Source of the DNA: Podarcis liolepis
Lineage: Eukaryota
Direction: 5' to 3' (one strand)
Assembly (NCBI GenBank): GCA_965112155.1
Contig: OZ218109.1
Length of the DNA stretch: 64,000 nt
The notes beneath the pieces are model-generated. The model was given only the letters and a program-made list of their open reading frames with translations, was not told the DNA's origin and searched no databases. The position numbers and the translations under genes are program-made. The stretch's first letter is position 1. Each line of letters opens with the position of its first letter. Below are positions 1 to 12,015 of the stretch, in pieces.

Positions 1-90
1 TTGTTAAAGGTGCTGGGAACTGTAGTTTTCTGGAGGGGTAAACGACAGCTTTCAGGATTCTTGAAGGAGGGGTAATATGTGCTTTAAAAC
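1..90. mobile_element. Probable squamate interspersed repeat fragment (truncated by the window edge)
   Basis: The GCTGGGAACTGTAGT motif is typical of abundant lizard SINE/LINE-derived repeats. Confidence 0.35.
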
Positions 91-1586
91 ATGGGGGGGG
101 GACTACTGCTTATTATTCATGAAACAGGCAAAAGCACCAATGAGCTCAAATGGGGTCAAAGTATGAAGTTAAGAGAACTTGGCGGCCTAATCCTCCTGGG
201 CCGCAGCATGGCCAAAGGAGTGAGTAAATTAAACTGCTCTGGAGGGAGCTGGCAATTAGCAGAACTGCAAAGCTAACATTTCCCTCAAAGCTGGGCAAGA
301 GCAATATCTTCACACCTACTCCTCCTTCTCAACCTAGCCAAGCCTGCGCGTCAGAGATTGTCTCTGCCCGGAGAGTAGCACTTCTGTCTTAGGTGTCCAT
401 CTGTCTCTCTTGTAATGGAAGTGTAGGAAAGAGACACTACTTTCTCTTTCTGAAACTTTCTCTTTCTGTCTGTCTTTTTTTTTTTAATGTCTCTTCTCCG
501 CATACTATAAATCACATCCAAAACCTCGCAGTTCTTGTTTATTGGTCTTCCCGGTCGGTTCACGCTGAGGTTGCCCGGTGAAATGGTGTCACCAAGATAT
601 TGATCTGTATATTTCTGTAGTGAGCAAGCTAAGCAAACCGAGGGGCACTTCTCTTAAAAGGAAAGTAGGGAGGGGAGCAGAGTTTCAAGCTAGTTCTGTA
701 GCCTCTGTTGGGCATGAAAGACTTGGACCAGGAGTGTTGGAGCTTGTAGATTCATCTGGAGGCCTGCTGCGATCATTTCACACGCTCAAAGTTAGCAAAT
801 ATGAGCCTAAAGTTTGAAGATGGGTTGTGTGTATTGGGGGCAGGGGGGGGGGAGAGAGAGAGACGAAACGGTCCTTCGCAATCCTCTAACCCTACACAGC
901 GCCACGTATACACACACACCCTTCTGCTTACAAAATTGGAGAAAATCTAGACAGCATGAGATGGAAACCTGCCAAATCCCACCAGTCTGGGCCTTCCTCC
1001 CTTCTCGTTCCCTTACATACCGCAAACCCATCTTGTCCTGTAGCTGCTGCAACCCAAAATGGCCAGTCCCTTCTCCAGGAATCCATGTGGCAATCCCTCT
1101 TCAGCACTGGATGCTGGCCACGAGTGATTCCCAAAGGCAGCAGTAAAATAAAAACCCAAACAAACAAACCTGCGCCCCGCATGCCACATCTCTGAGTGGG
1201 AGGAAAAGGCAAGCAGCACAGTTCTAGCCCTCCTCCCTTACTTGTTTGTGGTTGGACCCCTTAGAGCTTAGACCTTTACGCCCGACTGTTTCAAGTACCG
1301 GTATTTGCATATACTCTATCTGAAACATGAAGGCGCTTCCACCTTTAGGATCCAGAGCAGCTTNNNNNNNNNNNNNNNNNNNNNNNNNNNNNNNNNNNNN
1401 NNNNNNNNNNNNNNNNNNNNNNNNNNNNNNNNNNNNNNNNNNNNNNNNNNNNNNNNNNNNNNNNNNNNNNNNNNNNNNNNNNNNNNNNNNNGGTCCAGCA
1501 GCTAGAAAGAATCCTGCCTTTAAAGGTCAAGGGTTTGATGGGTCAGTCTGCTTCTCTTAAAAAAACAATTAATGGGATAGAAAATT

Positions 1587-1603
1587 TGTCCTTTCGGTGA
1601 ACT
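1587..1603 (-). promoter_or_regulatory. DR5 retinoic-acid response element 3' of HOXA4
   Basis: AGTTCA-ccgaa-AGGACA on the minus strand. It matches the form and position of known paralog-4 3' neural-enhancer RAREs. Confidence 0.8.
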
Positions 1604-2716
1604 CTCCCCATTGCCCTCGCACAAACCAGGACAATGGTCGGGTGTAGTTTTCGAACTTATTGTTACATCGATTATGGCAGCCAAGCTTAAAAAAAAATCG
1701 ACACCTACACACCACCGTGAAGCGCCCTGCGTTTTCAAGGGGAAAGGCATAAACAGAAAAACAACAACCCCAAAAATCAAATAAAAACATTACCTTGAAT
1801 GATGTTGATCTGCCACGTGCATTTTCCAGTCTTCGTTCGGTTCTCCACCCAGAAAGTATACATTTTCATGGCACAGCCAAGCGACTGTGTCTTTCTACAT
1901 GAACCCATTTTCCCCAGGAAAATCCTTCGTGTCTTCTCAGACCTTTTTCCAAGAGAATGCCTTTCAGAATCGCTGTTGAATTACAAAGAAGTATTTATTG
2001 TAGGAGGTGATTAATGATTCCTAGTAAAATTGCTATTTTCAGCGTGATTTCATTTCGGGCTCTTCCCCCCCCCACACACACACAATGGAGAAAGAGGGGG
2101 AGGGAAAGGGGGGTGATCCAAGCGTAAGACTACGGAAGTCAGGGAAGATCCGCAATCATACTTCAATACTAATCACTGATTTAACAGTTTTGGGACACTC
2201 CTCTTGATTTTCGAGCGTCAGTGGATTTAGCAGAAGAGAATTCTCTAGGGCAGACCAAACAAAGACTTTAGACAAAAAGAGGTCCATGTTAACAGGGAGG
2301 AGAGGGGGCGATATTGTTTTCCAGCCTATTCTCTTTTATTTCTTAACAACAAACAAACATACGGGACAGGGCACTTTAAGGAAATAAGAAAGGAAGTCCT
2401 TTGGGGTGGTGCAGTTCGACGCACACTTCCAGATTATTCACAGCAATGTTTACTTCTCTTCTGCACGGCAAGTGAGACCATAACTTTTCAAATGGCGGTG
2501 TCACCCTTCCCAGCCCAATGGACGAAGGATACATTTAAACCATCTGCTTATGCTTCCACGGCAGTTCTGTCTGAGCTGTCTACAAGCTTTTGCACTCAAT
2601 GCTCCATTTAAGTCTCCAATATAAGCCAGCATCGGATTATAGTTCTGGATATCAGAAAGGGCCCAGAACTGTATTCCACTCTCCAGGAGGAGACCGAGGA
2701 ATTGCTACTTATAAGA

Positions 2717-2795
2717 GTGCAACCCTAGACACACTTACCTGGAAATAAGCCTCACTGTGCAACAGTGGGACTTGCCTCGGAGTAAACGTCAATGG
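2717..2795. mobile_element. MITE-like repeat copy
   Basis: ACACTTACCTGGAAATAAGCCTCACTG...CAGTGGGACTTGCCTCGGAGTAAAC. Confidence 0.6.
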
Positions 2796-3696
2796 GGGTG
2801 TAGAGTTAAACTAGCAACTTTCACCTGTACTTATTGCATGGGTTGGTTAAGCTGTTCAGAAGACCCCCCCCCCATGAACCTCCATGTCAAGGGCATCATC
2901 TGGCTTTACCATAATGTTTTGGGTGTGCGGCTTTAACGCTTCCGGTTTGTTCCCATGCCGAAGAGCAGTGGGCCATTGCAACTCGACCCTCTTCCCCCCT
3001 GTGGAAAGTTGCTGCGGCTGGAATAAACCAAGGGGTCACTACTGATGCTGCAATATGTTTAAGCATTGATAGTGCAGTGTTACTATTACTGTTATTATTC
3101 CCTTCATTCTACTGGAATAGCCCCGTTTCTCTTCACACAAGGCGGGAAAGAACTATATTCCCCCAATGGTGTAGGCAGAGGACACATGTCATGAATGAGA
3201 ATTTGGGGGGATGGACGCCTTTCTTGTTCTACACACAGTGGACTGTATCCTGTAGAAGGAGTGGCTAAGCCGAAGCGCCTCCTTAGGGAAATGGACAGGC
3301 TGCGCAGGCCGATCCACAACTCACTTAAAACTGGGTACTTGGATGGCAGCCTATTCAGCCCATCTACAACGACACCCCTCCGGCAACCTGTTTCAATGGG
3401 AATTACTCTCAACTCTCTGCTTTCCATAGGGGCTTTGGTCTATGGTCCTATGTGGAAGCCAGTGTCATCGAAAACGATGTGACTTCCTTACACATAAAGT
3501 GGTTCGGGTGTTTGGGAAGGAGAAACGTTACTCCTTAATAAAACTAATTCGACTATAATGCAGGTACTCGGCCTCTCCTAAGGAATGTGTTGAACAGCAT
3601 GTACACATGACATCCTCGAGAGTTTTCATGTTTATGTCAACAAAGTCACATTCTAGGCAAATGCACGCTTCTCACGGTGTGTCTAGTGCCTTAAGT

Positions 3697-3743
3697 TTTA
3701 TTTTTGTACAGAGAGGTGTGGTTTTGTTTTATTTTATTTTATT
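3697..3743 (-). terminator. Candidate poly(A) signals for HOXA4
   Basis: Several AATAAA hexamers about 0.8 kb after the stop codon. Confidence 0.5.
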
Positions 3744-4499
3744 ACCAGCACTGGACATTATATATACATCACACATTCACAAATGTGTACACATAGATTT
3801 CACAAACTGTACACGGACGTTTGACTATGGCAAGACACGGAGACAGAAATAGCCTTTATAGCAATATTGGTGTACTTTTCTTTTTCTTTCTTTTTTTATA
3901 AAAAGCAACATATGCACCGTCGGGGGAGGATAATGTATCACGACTACAGCAGAGACTACACTTTTTTGTTCTTATTACACAGAAAACATACTTTCTTGGT
4001 CGGTAAGGGCTGGAGGGTGCTGGGGTCTCTGGGCAACGTCCCCACTCCTACTTCCAAAATACTTCCACGTCATAAGATGGCTTTGCTTCTGTCTGTAATT
4101 GAGAGTCCACGAATGTTCCACGAAACAAGACAAAGTCTATGATATACACACACATGTCACAAAGTCACTTATTAACATATGTTGACACCTTAAAACATAT
4201 CTGCAAAGGGTCCTTCTTAGGTACAGGATCCATCCTCAACTCTTTAATGATGCTGCAGGTGGACCGTATTTCCATAAATAAATTAAAAAACGAAACATGG
4301 TGGGAATGGAAAGGTCATATTTACAGAAGGTGAACACTTTGTCCAAGGTGTTTGTTTTTGGTTTTTGGTTTAAACACACGTGCCCTGTGACTGGTTCTTG
4401 TTCTGCATTTATGCCCCTTAATATAGTCCCTATGGCAAATTAGATCAGGCAGGAGCGGGACGTGTGGTGGGTTAGGGTGTCCCTGCGTCTGTCGGGCCA

Positions 4500-4834
4500 T
4501 CAGAGCGCTGCTGAGTTTGGGGTCGCCCTACCCCTGGGCGGTGGTGTCTGATGGTGCTGTGCTGACGCTTTGGCTTGCTGGCTAAGACTGGAGGGGTTGG
4601 AGGAGCGCATCTTGGTGTTGGGCAGCTTGTGGTCCTTCTTCCACTTCATCCTCCTGTTCTGAAACCAAATCTTGACCTGGCGCTCGGAGAGGCAGAGCGT
4701 GTGCGCGATCTCGATGCGTCGCCTCCTGGTCAGGTAGCGGTTAAAATGGAACTCCTTCTCCAGCTCCAGTACTTGCTGTCTGGTGTAGGCAGTTCGAGAC
4801 CTTTTGGGCTCGCCTCCAGTGTAATTGGGGTTGA
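4500..4834 (-). CDS. HOXA4: Hox-A4 coding exon 2 (homeodomain)
   Basis: Acceptor CAG| at 4835. Encodes [75 protein letters not shown]; TGA at 4502-4500. Confidence 0.97.
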
Positions 4835-5082
4835 CTGAGCGTACACAGGCGCGCACACACACACGCACACGCACGGACACAAAGGAGAAGAAGGCAACGG
4901 AACATTATCATTATTATATAATAACTCGACACTGGGTTTAGATTAGCCACAGAAGCGGAGAGGAAAATGGTTCACAGGCTCGTGACAATAGGAGACAATT
5001 GGGGAGCCATAAAAAATGGTGACGGGCATTTGGGTTCAAGAAAAGCTTCAAAGAGACGTGGCCCAGAGCCACAGGCAGGGCG

Positions 5083-5145
5083 ATTAAATTTATGGGGACT
5101 ATAATTACTGCCCTAACAGTTTGGCGTCTCGTAAATCTCTTGATA
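5083..5145. promoter_or_regulatory. HB1-type homeodomain-binding cluster in the HOXA4 intron
   Basis: Clustered ATTAAATTTATGG, ATAATTA and CGTAAA motifs. A conserved element of this kind is known in paralog-4 introns. Confidence 0.7.
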
Positions 5146-5335
5146 AAGGGCCCCGAGTACAAAAGGCTTCTCACGTGTGCGTGCGCGCTTTTTTAAAATT
5201 AGGAAATGCGCCAGCACACACAGACACGTATATGCACACAACCTCGGAGTCCAGCCTAGCCCAGCCTCCTCCACCTCGCCACGCACACACATACAAGCCA
5301 TCCCGGCTCCCCTTGGAAGAAGGTGGTCAACTCAC

Positions 5336-6032
5336 CCGTGTTAACGTGGACCTTCTTCATCCAAGGGTACACCACCGGCTCCTTGCCTTTCAGGCCGGGC
5401 AGGCTCTTGTCCGGCAAGAGCGGGCAGGCAGGGATTCCCCCGGGCGCTGTCGCCGCCGCTGCTGCTTCGCAATGGCGCTGGTGGGGTTGAGGCGGTGGCG
5501 GGACGTGGCCTTGGAGCAAGGGCTGGCTCGGGGCATGGTGGCCCTTCCGCGCGGGAGTCTGTGGAGCAGGCGGTGGCGGGGGTGGCGGAGGAGGAGGCAG
5601 GGGCGGCGGAGGAGGCGGTGGCGGCGAGGCTCCGGGAGGCGGCTGCTCCTGGCCCGGAGTGGCGCTGAGGCTGCTGTAGCTATAAGGCGACTCCGGGTAG
5701 TGGTGGGGTGGCTGCGCGGGGTACAGCGCCTCGGGAGGAGGAGGCGGAGGAGGCGGCGGCGGCGCTGGCGGCTGGTATCCGGGCTCCCTGCTCGGCCGCT
5801 GGTAGTAATCGGGGAGAGGCTGGCCGGGGTGAGCCTGGTGGTGCGGCTGGCGCAGGTGCTGCTGCGGCTGAGGATGGTGGTGGTGGGGTTGCTGGTGGTG
5901 GGGCTGGTTCTGGTGGTGGTGGTGGTAGCTGCTCCCGCCGCCGCCGCCGCCGCCGAGCTGCGAATATTCCTCGCAAGGAGGGAATTTGGGCTCGATGTAG
6001 TTGGAGTTTATCAAAAACGAACTCATGGTCAT
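5336..6032 (-). CDS. HOXA4: Homeobox protein Hox-A4, coding exon 1 (joined CDS 343 aa)
   Basis: Starts MTMSSFLINSNYIEPKFPPCEEY (paralog-4 N-terminus) and contains the VVYPWMKKVHV hexapeptide region. The donor G|GTGAG is at 5336/5335; 697 nt gives phase 1. Confidence 0.96.
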
Positions 6033-8074
6033 TAATTTGTGAAGTGCAAAAATACTAATTTTTCTCGCGTTGTCGTTTTTCTGGGCTCGAGGAGGCCCCT
6101 CCCCTCCTCCCCCTTCTTCCTTCCTTCCCTCCCTCCCTCTTTCCTTCCTTCCCTCCCTTCCTCCTCCTCCTCCTCCTCCAACCCCCCTTGCTGCTGTTGT
6201 CAAGCGCCTGCTGCCAAAGTTTGGGCCTCCGCTCCCCCCTTCCTTTCCAGTTCCCACCCCAAGAGCCTGGAACACACGCGCGCGCAAACACACACACACA
6301 AACCAGTGCCACCCCCACCACCTGACCGGCAGGGCCAATTGCTACGCGGTTGGCAGAGCCCGGATCAGGAAATGAAACGCTGGTGGACAAGCCCAGGACG
6401 GTCCCTGCCTGCCTGTCTTGCCTTTCTCGCGGCAGAGGCAAGGAGAAGCTGGAGATTCCTTTCTGCGCGCTCCAGACAGCGGCGGTCAGAACCGAAGTCG
6501 GCGCAAGCGGCCTAACTAGAGAATTAGGCCGAGAGGAAAGCCTCCGGGCCATGCAGCTGTGGGCGAGGGGGCTGCTGCTTTGAGCGAGTTTCCCCAGTGA
6601 AAGCAGCGAGGGATCCTTGCTTGACATGCTAGGTCACCTAAGACTAACCACGCACGGTCGTTACCCCTTAAAACAGCTATGTGCTACTTAGGGTCAATGT
6701 GGTTTAGGGAGTGATCTGGGGCAGCCCAAAAGTGTGTGTCGCAGAAGACGTCCTTGTGCGCTATCATGATGAGGGAACCAAGGGTAGTCCTTATTCCGGA
6801 ATAATATATCCTCCTGAACGCAAGCTGGGAGTTTGCGCATGTGTGCTATTTCTGACCACAAGCATCAGGCCGTGAGTAGCAACAGTGTGAGCAAAGCATT
6901 GTATATGTATCTGAAACCGAACATCAAACGCAGCGTACGGTTTCGCTCTCTGTATCTCCAGCCCTTACCAAGTCATTGAAAGCAAAGGAAACGCAGTGTC
7001 CTCCCGAGACATAAAAGGGCACCCGAGATCGCGTGATTTCGGGGGCATCAATGAGTGATTGGACGGTAGCAGTGCGATCAATGAGACCAGTCGATCCTAT
7101 GAAAACAGAGACCACCTAATTGCAACTAGCTATTTGTTTCTCTCTGATACCTCCCGGGGGCTTTTAAATGTTGCTCTTTTACGATAATTTAATTATTTTT
7201 AAAATCTTCCACCCCGTGGCAGATTTGGAGCTGCGGGGGCATATCATTAAATAGAGAGGCCAATATAAAAATACTTTTTTTTTTTAAGGTGAATAGATTT
7301 TAATCAAAACCTCCAGCAGACTAGAGAGGCAGTTAAGATCAAGAATTAATCCCATTCACGTGCCTAAATAAATAAATAAAGATATCTAGTGCCCAGGAAA
7401 CAGTATTTCCCTTTGAGAAAGCGAGAAAGGGAGAGGAATTGGTTATTTAAAACAGAATGCACCGTTATCTTTCACAAGTACCGTAAACATTGCAGTTGAG
7501 CGTCGTGAATAGTCTCTTCGACTTGCATTACGATTGCTGGAAATTGATCCGTTTGCGAGACAGGGAGGAAAAGGAGGCGATGGCCTGACCTATGGGGTAA
7601 TTGAAATCTGGACGTTAAACTAGCCTTTATTATAGTATATATTAATTCAACCGCTTGGTAGGTCTAGTGACCCACCTTCCTTTTTAATATTTGAGTCTTT
7701 AGGGACACACCCATTTAATATAATATTAATATTAGTTTTAAAAAATAAGAATTTGGAACTTGATAAAATGCTGCTCTGCCCTCTTCCCAAAGAACCAGTT
7801 TAGTTTTAAGAAAAGGATCCATATAATAGGAGTGTTCATTCTCATCGTGATTATTTCACTCGAAGTGTGGACTGATGACTTTTTCGGTTGTATCAACCGC
7901 TCATAGCGCTCATGTGGATGACGATTGCATCTAGATTAACCAGCTACAATTCTTTGTGTATAAATGTGTGTCAGTGCGCTCAATAGATCCCGTTTTTATG
8001 CTCTCGTTGAATTTCCCTTCCTCTTCTCTGTGCGTCTCCCTTAAACTGCTGAAACCTCGTTCCACGATAACAAC

Positions 8075-8133
8075 AATAATAGTAATAATAGTAGTAGTAG
8101 TAGTAGTAGTAATAATAATAATAATAATAATAA
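8075..8133. repeat. Compound (TAG)n(TAA)n microsatellite
   Basis: Direct read. Confidence 0.9.
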
Positions 8134-9924
8134 AGTGCTGGTTTCCAGATACTATCGGAAATACCTCCGTCCTGGAAATGGCAAGAGCCCTCCCCACCCC
8201 ACCCCACCTTGTACATCTCTAGTGGATATTCTGTGTATGCAAAGCTTTCTCGAATGCACCATACACTGTGGAAGCAAATAGACGCCACTGGCGAGTGCCA
8301 GGCCGTAAAACACTCGCAGACAACGCGGAAGTCAAATAGCAGGATCCAACACTTGGCTTTTTAACGCTGATTGCGCGCCTGTGACATTTGTAGGAATGAC
8401 AACCGGCTCCAGTCCCGTTTTATGGTTTCACGGAATAGTAGACCGGGATGCAAAGCTGCCCCTTTGGGGAGGTCTTTTGCCACTAACAAACAGCAACAAT
8501 TACGTAAGCCCATGGTTGGTGTTAAACGGCTAAAGCAAAGGCGCAGGGTTTTGTTTCGCTTTTCCCTCCCCTTTTCTCGCACACGCTGAAATGGACGGTG
8601 CGATTCTGGCACAGAAACGCTGCAAGATGCACCTCTGACATAAACACTATCAATTTCCCTTGAGATAAAGCGGTGCCCTTGCATCTGAGGGCGATAGTAA
8701 ATACCAGAAAACCACCAGGCGTCAAAACCGCAGGGTTTTTTCCCCAAAACAAAACAAAAAAGAAAAGAAACCACAACAATACAAGGAAAACAGGTACCTT
8801 CTCTCTCTCTTTTTGTCTGCTGATTATTACCTTCGGAGAACGTCCCAGGGGCTGTTTAATATTAGCTCTCCTGATTGTATCTCAGAGCCTGGTCTGTTTC
8901 CCCCTGGTCAGCTTTCCACTGGGTGTCTCCTTTGCTCAGTTGCAACAAGCAATGAATACGATTCTAGAGCTGGGGCTGTAAATCTCCAAGGTGACCTAAG
9001 CTGCTCAGCTGCGGGAGCAGCCAGGGTTTCTCCCCCCCCCCACCCCCACCTCCATGGGATTCTATCAGGCTGCAGAGATGGGCCTGTTCCTCGTCTTTGC
9101 GGTTTACATATCATAAACAAGAGCCCAGCCAAGACCACCAAGTTGTTATCTCATATGCGGCGGTTTCCACGTTCAGCCTGCCCTCCCGCTCCCTCCAGAG
9201 ATTTATGGCTCCGCGGAGCAAATCCCGGAACGAACCTACACCGAACCCTGAACCCTGGCCTCCTGAAACTGCTTCAGAGCATCGCCTATCTTTTTTTTTA
9301 AACCACACACATTTCAGTGAGGGGGATTTCAGCACCAAGACCTCATCATCATCGCAGATCAGGGGAGGCTGAAGTTTAGCAGCTAACCAGTGAAGAACGT
9401 GGAAGATTGACCGAAATGAAAGTTGATGGCAAGATAACTCCGAGGTTCCCAAGAAACAGGAGTCGGTCTCAGAACTGGAGCAAACCAAGTAAATGGATAA
9501 GCGGAGAGTGTGCCAACCCCGACTAGCAAGTTCAGAGTGTAAATATAGGTGTGTGCGCGCGCGCACCGCAATCTTAGGTTGCGCTCTTATAGATAATCTA
9601 TGCAATTAAACTTTCCAACTTGCCCACGCGCCTGGGAGGGAGAGAGGGAGCGAGCGAGCAATAGAGACGCGGGCGTGGGGGGGGGGAGGCGGGTTGGCGG
9701 TGGAGAGCGACACCCGGCAGCCTGGCTTGAATTTGATTCGAGGCATTTTGAATATATTTAACCCAGCTTTCACTCTTGAATGCAAGCCTGCCCCAAGTTT
9801 CAAAGTGACCGAAAAGTGACACCGGGCGCATTTTGTTTCTTATTAATCTTACACATTGACAGTCTTTGTTAAATAACAAGGCGTGCCCTTCACAAAGCGA
9901 CATTTTCATATTTGTTAGACGCGC

Positions 9925-9941
9925 TGACCTGAAGTTCACCT
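9925..9941 (-). promoter_or_regulatory. DR5 retinoic-acid response element 5' of HOXA4
   Basis: AGGTGA-acttc-AGGTCA about 3.9 kb upstream of the HOXA4 ATG. It matches the known HOXA4 upstream RARE (recalled). Confidence 0.88.
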
Positions 9942-11882
9942 CGGCCTTGGACTTAGGGGGTTTTTTTCTTCCCCTTCCGAGGTCTTTAAGAGCGTCTTTA
10001 AAAAAAATAGCAAGGGGCAGAGAGAGGCTCTGGGCAGGTCACTTATTCGCAGACGGGGAAGGAATCTTAAGGCGGCCGTGCGAGAAAACATGTAAACGTT
10101 GTGATAACGCAGCGGCTGCGTTTATCCTAAACTTCCTCTGAATCAGCAAAAGGTCCTACCAGGGAACTGGATGGTGGGATGGAGTTCCTATGGAGTTCAT
10201 TCTTGGGACAAGAGGTTGGGATGTTCTCCTTCCCCCCTATTCCGAAATACTGGTGATTTTATTTATAAGGATCTAACTCGTGTGTGTACGTGTGTGTGTG
10301 TTTGGTAACTGGACTTTGAGGTCCTGGTCGTCCAGGACCGTAAATAAGCACAATTCTAAAGAAGGGGAAGATGGGGCGATTGGCATCTACATTTGAGGCT
10401 GAGAAGGCTAATCTTTTCAAAGGTCACGTTACGCACCAAGTACCAGTGTCTGTGCTGCGCTAGAGGTAGGACGCTCCGACTATATGACTCCGATGACTCC
10501 GATCAAAGCAACAAAAGCCCACTGTGTCGTTTTTATTTTTACCTTTAAAAAAAATATGAATGAATAGAAAACGACTTGAGAAGGCGATACTTCTTCCAGA
10601 TGCTCTTTGAGGCCCTTCTGGAAATATTCTGTATTTGAAAAAACTTGTCCCTACTCCCATCCCCCGCCCAAAATTCCACCTTAAATGGAAGCAAAATAAA
10701 TTGGCACTAGGAGTCCTTGGAAAAGAAAGCCAGGTTTCGCTTTGCTGCTTTCCACAGAGATCTTATTCTCTCTTTTTTTTTCTCCCTCTGTTTTTTTTTT
10801 AGTCAAGTTTTTCAGGACAGGCGGAGTCAAAGAAGTGTTGTCTTCGAAATAGTCTCCTTGGTCCTCTGTATATAAAAGGGACGTTTAAGCAAACATTCCG
10901 CCTTGCAATGTTCATGCTTCCTATAATTAAATTTCCAAATAGGCAATGCAGTATTTCAAGGGCAAAACCGAAATAGCAGAGGCGTGTTTTTAACAGTGTG
11001 TTGTGAGTAGCATCCCCCTCCACCTTACAGTGGTAATTTCAGTGCAAAAGCACATATAGGAGACACGGGGGGGACGGGGGACGTTGCAAGATAATTTTCA
11101 AGAGAAGGTCGCTGATGAAAAACCAAAATACATTGCAAATATGTTTCCTGGAAGCCCAATGTCCTCGCCTTATAATTAAAACTATTTCTTGTCGAACGGG
11201 GGGGGGGGTGTCCCGTAGTTCTTTGTGTATTTTCAAAGCATTGATAAAGCCTTCTAATAATAACTTGCTTACTTTCTCCTGCACGTTATCTCTGTTTCGA
11301 CACCTCTGAAAGGAGCAATCTCTCCTATGTATTTGCTTAGTAATAAACCACTCACTGGATCTCTGTGAAATATTCTGAATTTCTTAGGACTGAAAAACGC
11401 ACCTTCTCGGATTAAAAAAAAATACACAAAAGAAACAAAACACCTGGAGACACAGTGAAAACGGAAAATCCATCTCAGAAAGCAATCCTACTCATGGCTA
11501 AATAAATAATCCCTACTTCCCTATTTGAAATAAATAGTTATTCAGATACAAACACGCCTTGAAAAAAAGAAGGAAAAAATAAAGCTTCATTGTGGCTAAA
11601 TAAGGCGGCCAAAAGGGTGAAGCTATATATTTCTTATTAAACGTATAACCCTAAAGGATGGGGGGGGCATGCAATTTTCTTAGGGTCATTCCTTAACTCA
11701 GAAAGACAGCATATCTGAACTTCTCCAGTATTGTCATGCTTGTATTTTATACTCCTGCGGTATCCGGCAGTGAGATGGTCATCTCAGTCTACTCGTTTCC
11801 TCAGATATTGCTATCAGCCAGCGGGCAGTCTTCTGGTACCCACTGGAAAGTTAAGCTGGCACCTCACTGAGCCTTTTTGAGA

Positions 11883-12015
11883 GGGCTAGCTGTGTTAGTC
11901 TGTTGTAGCAAAGCCGAACAACACACACACACAAAACAGAGTATTGTGGCACTTAAAAGCCAGACAATTGTACTATGGCGTACGCTTGTGTGAACAAGAG
12001 TCCACTTCTCTGCGA
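11883..12015. mobile_element. Degenerate Penelope-like retroelement terminal fragment
   Basis: GCTAGCTGTGTTAGTCTGTTGTAGCAAA...GAGTATTGTGGCACTTAAAAG...GAGTCCACTTC resembles a common reptile Penelope terminal-repeat consensus. Recognised from memory, not searched. Confidence 0.55.

Noticed and set aside
557-573. DR5-like GGTTCA-cgctg-AGGTTG
   Set aside because: The second half-site has two mismatches to the consensus, so it is not supportable without conservation data.
5121-6035. 304-aa plus-strand ORF antisense to HOXA4 exon 1 (similar ORFs lie opposite HOXA5, HOXA9 and HOXA10)
   Set aside because: These are shadow ORFs of GC-rich, triplet-repetitive coding sequence, with low-complexity products and no recognisable domain.
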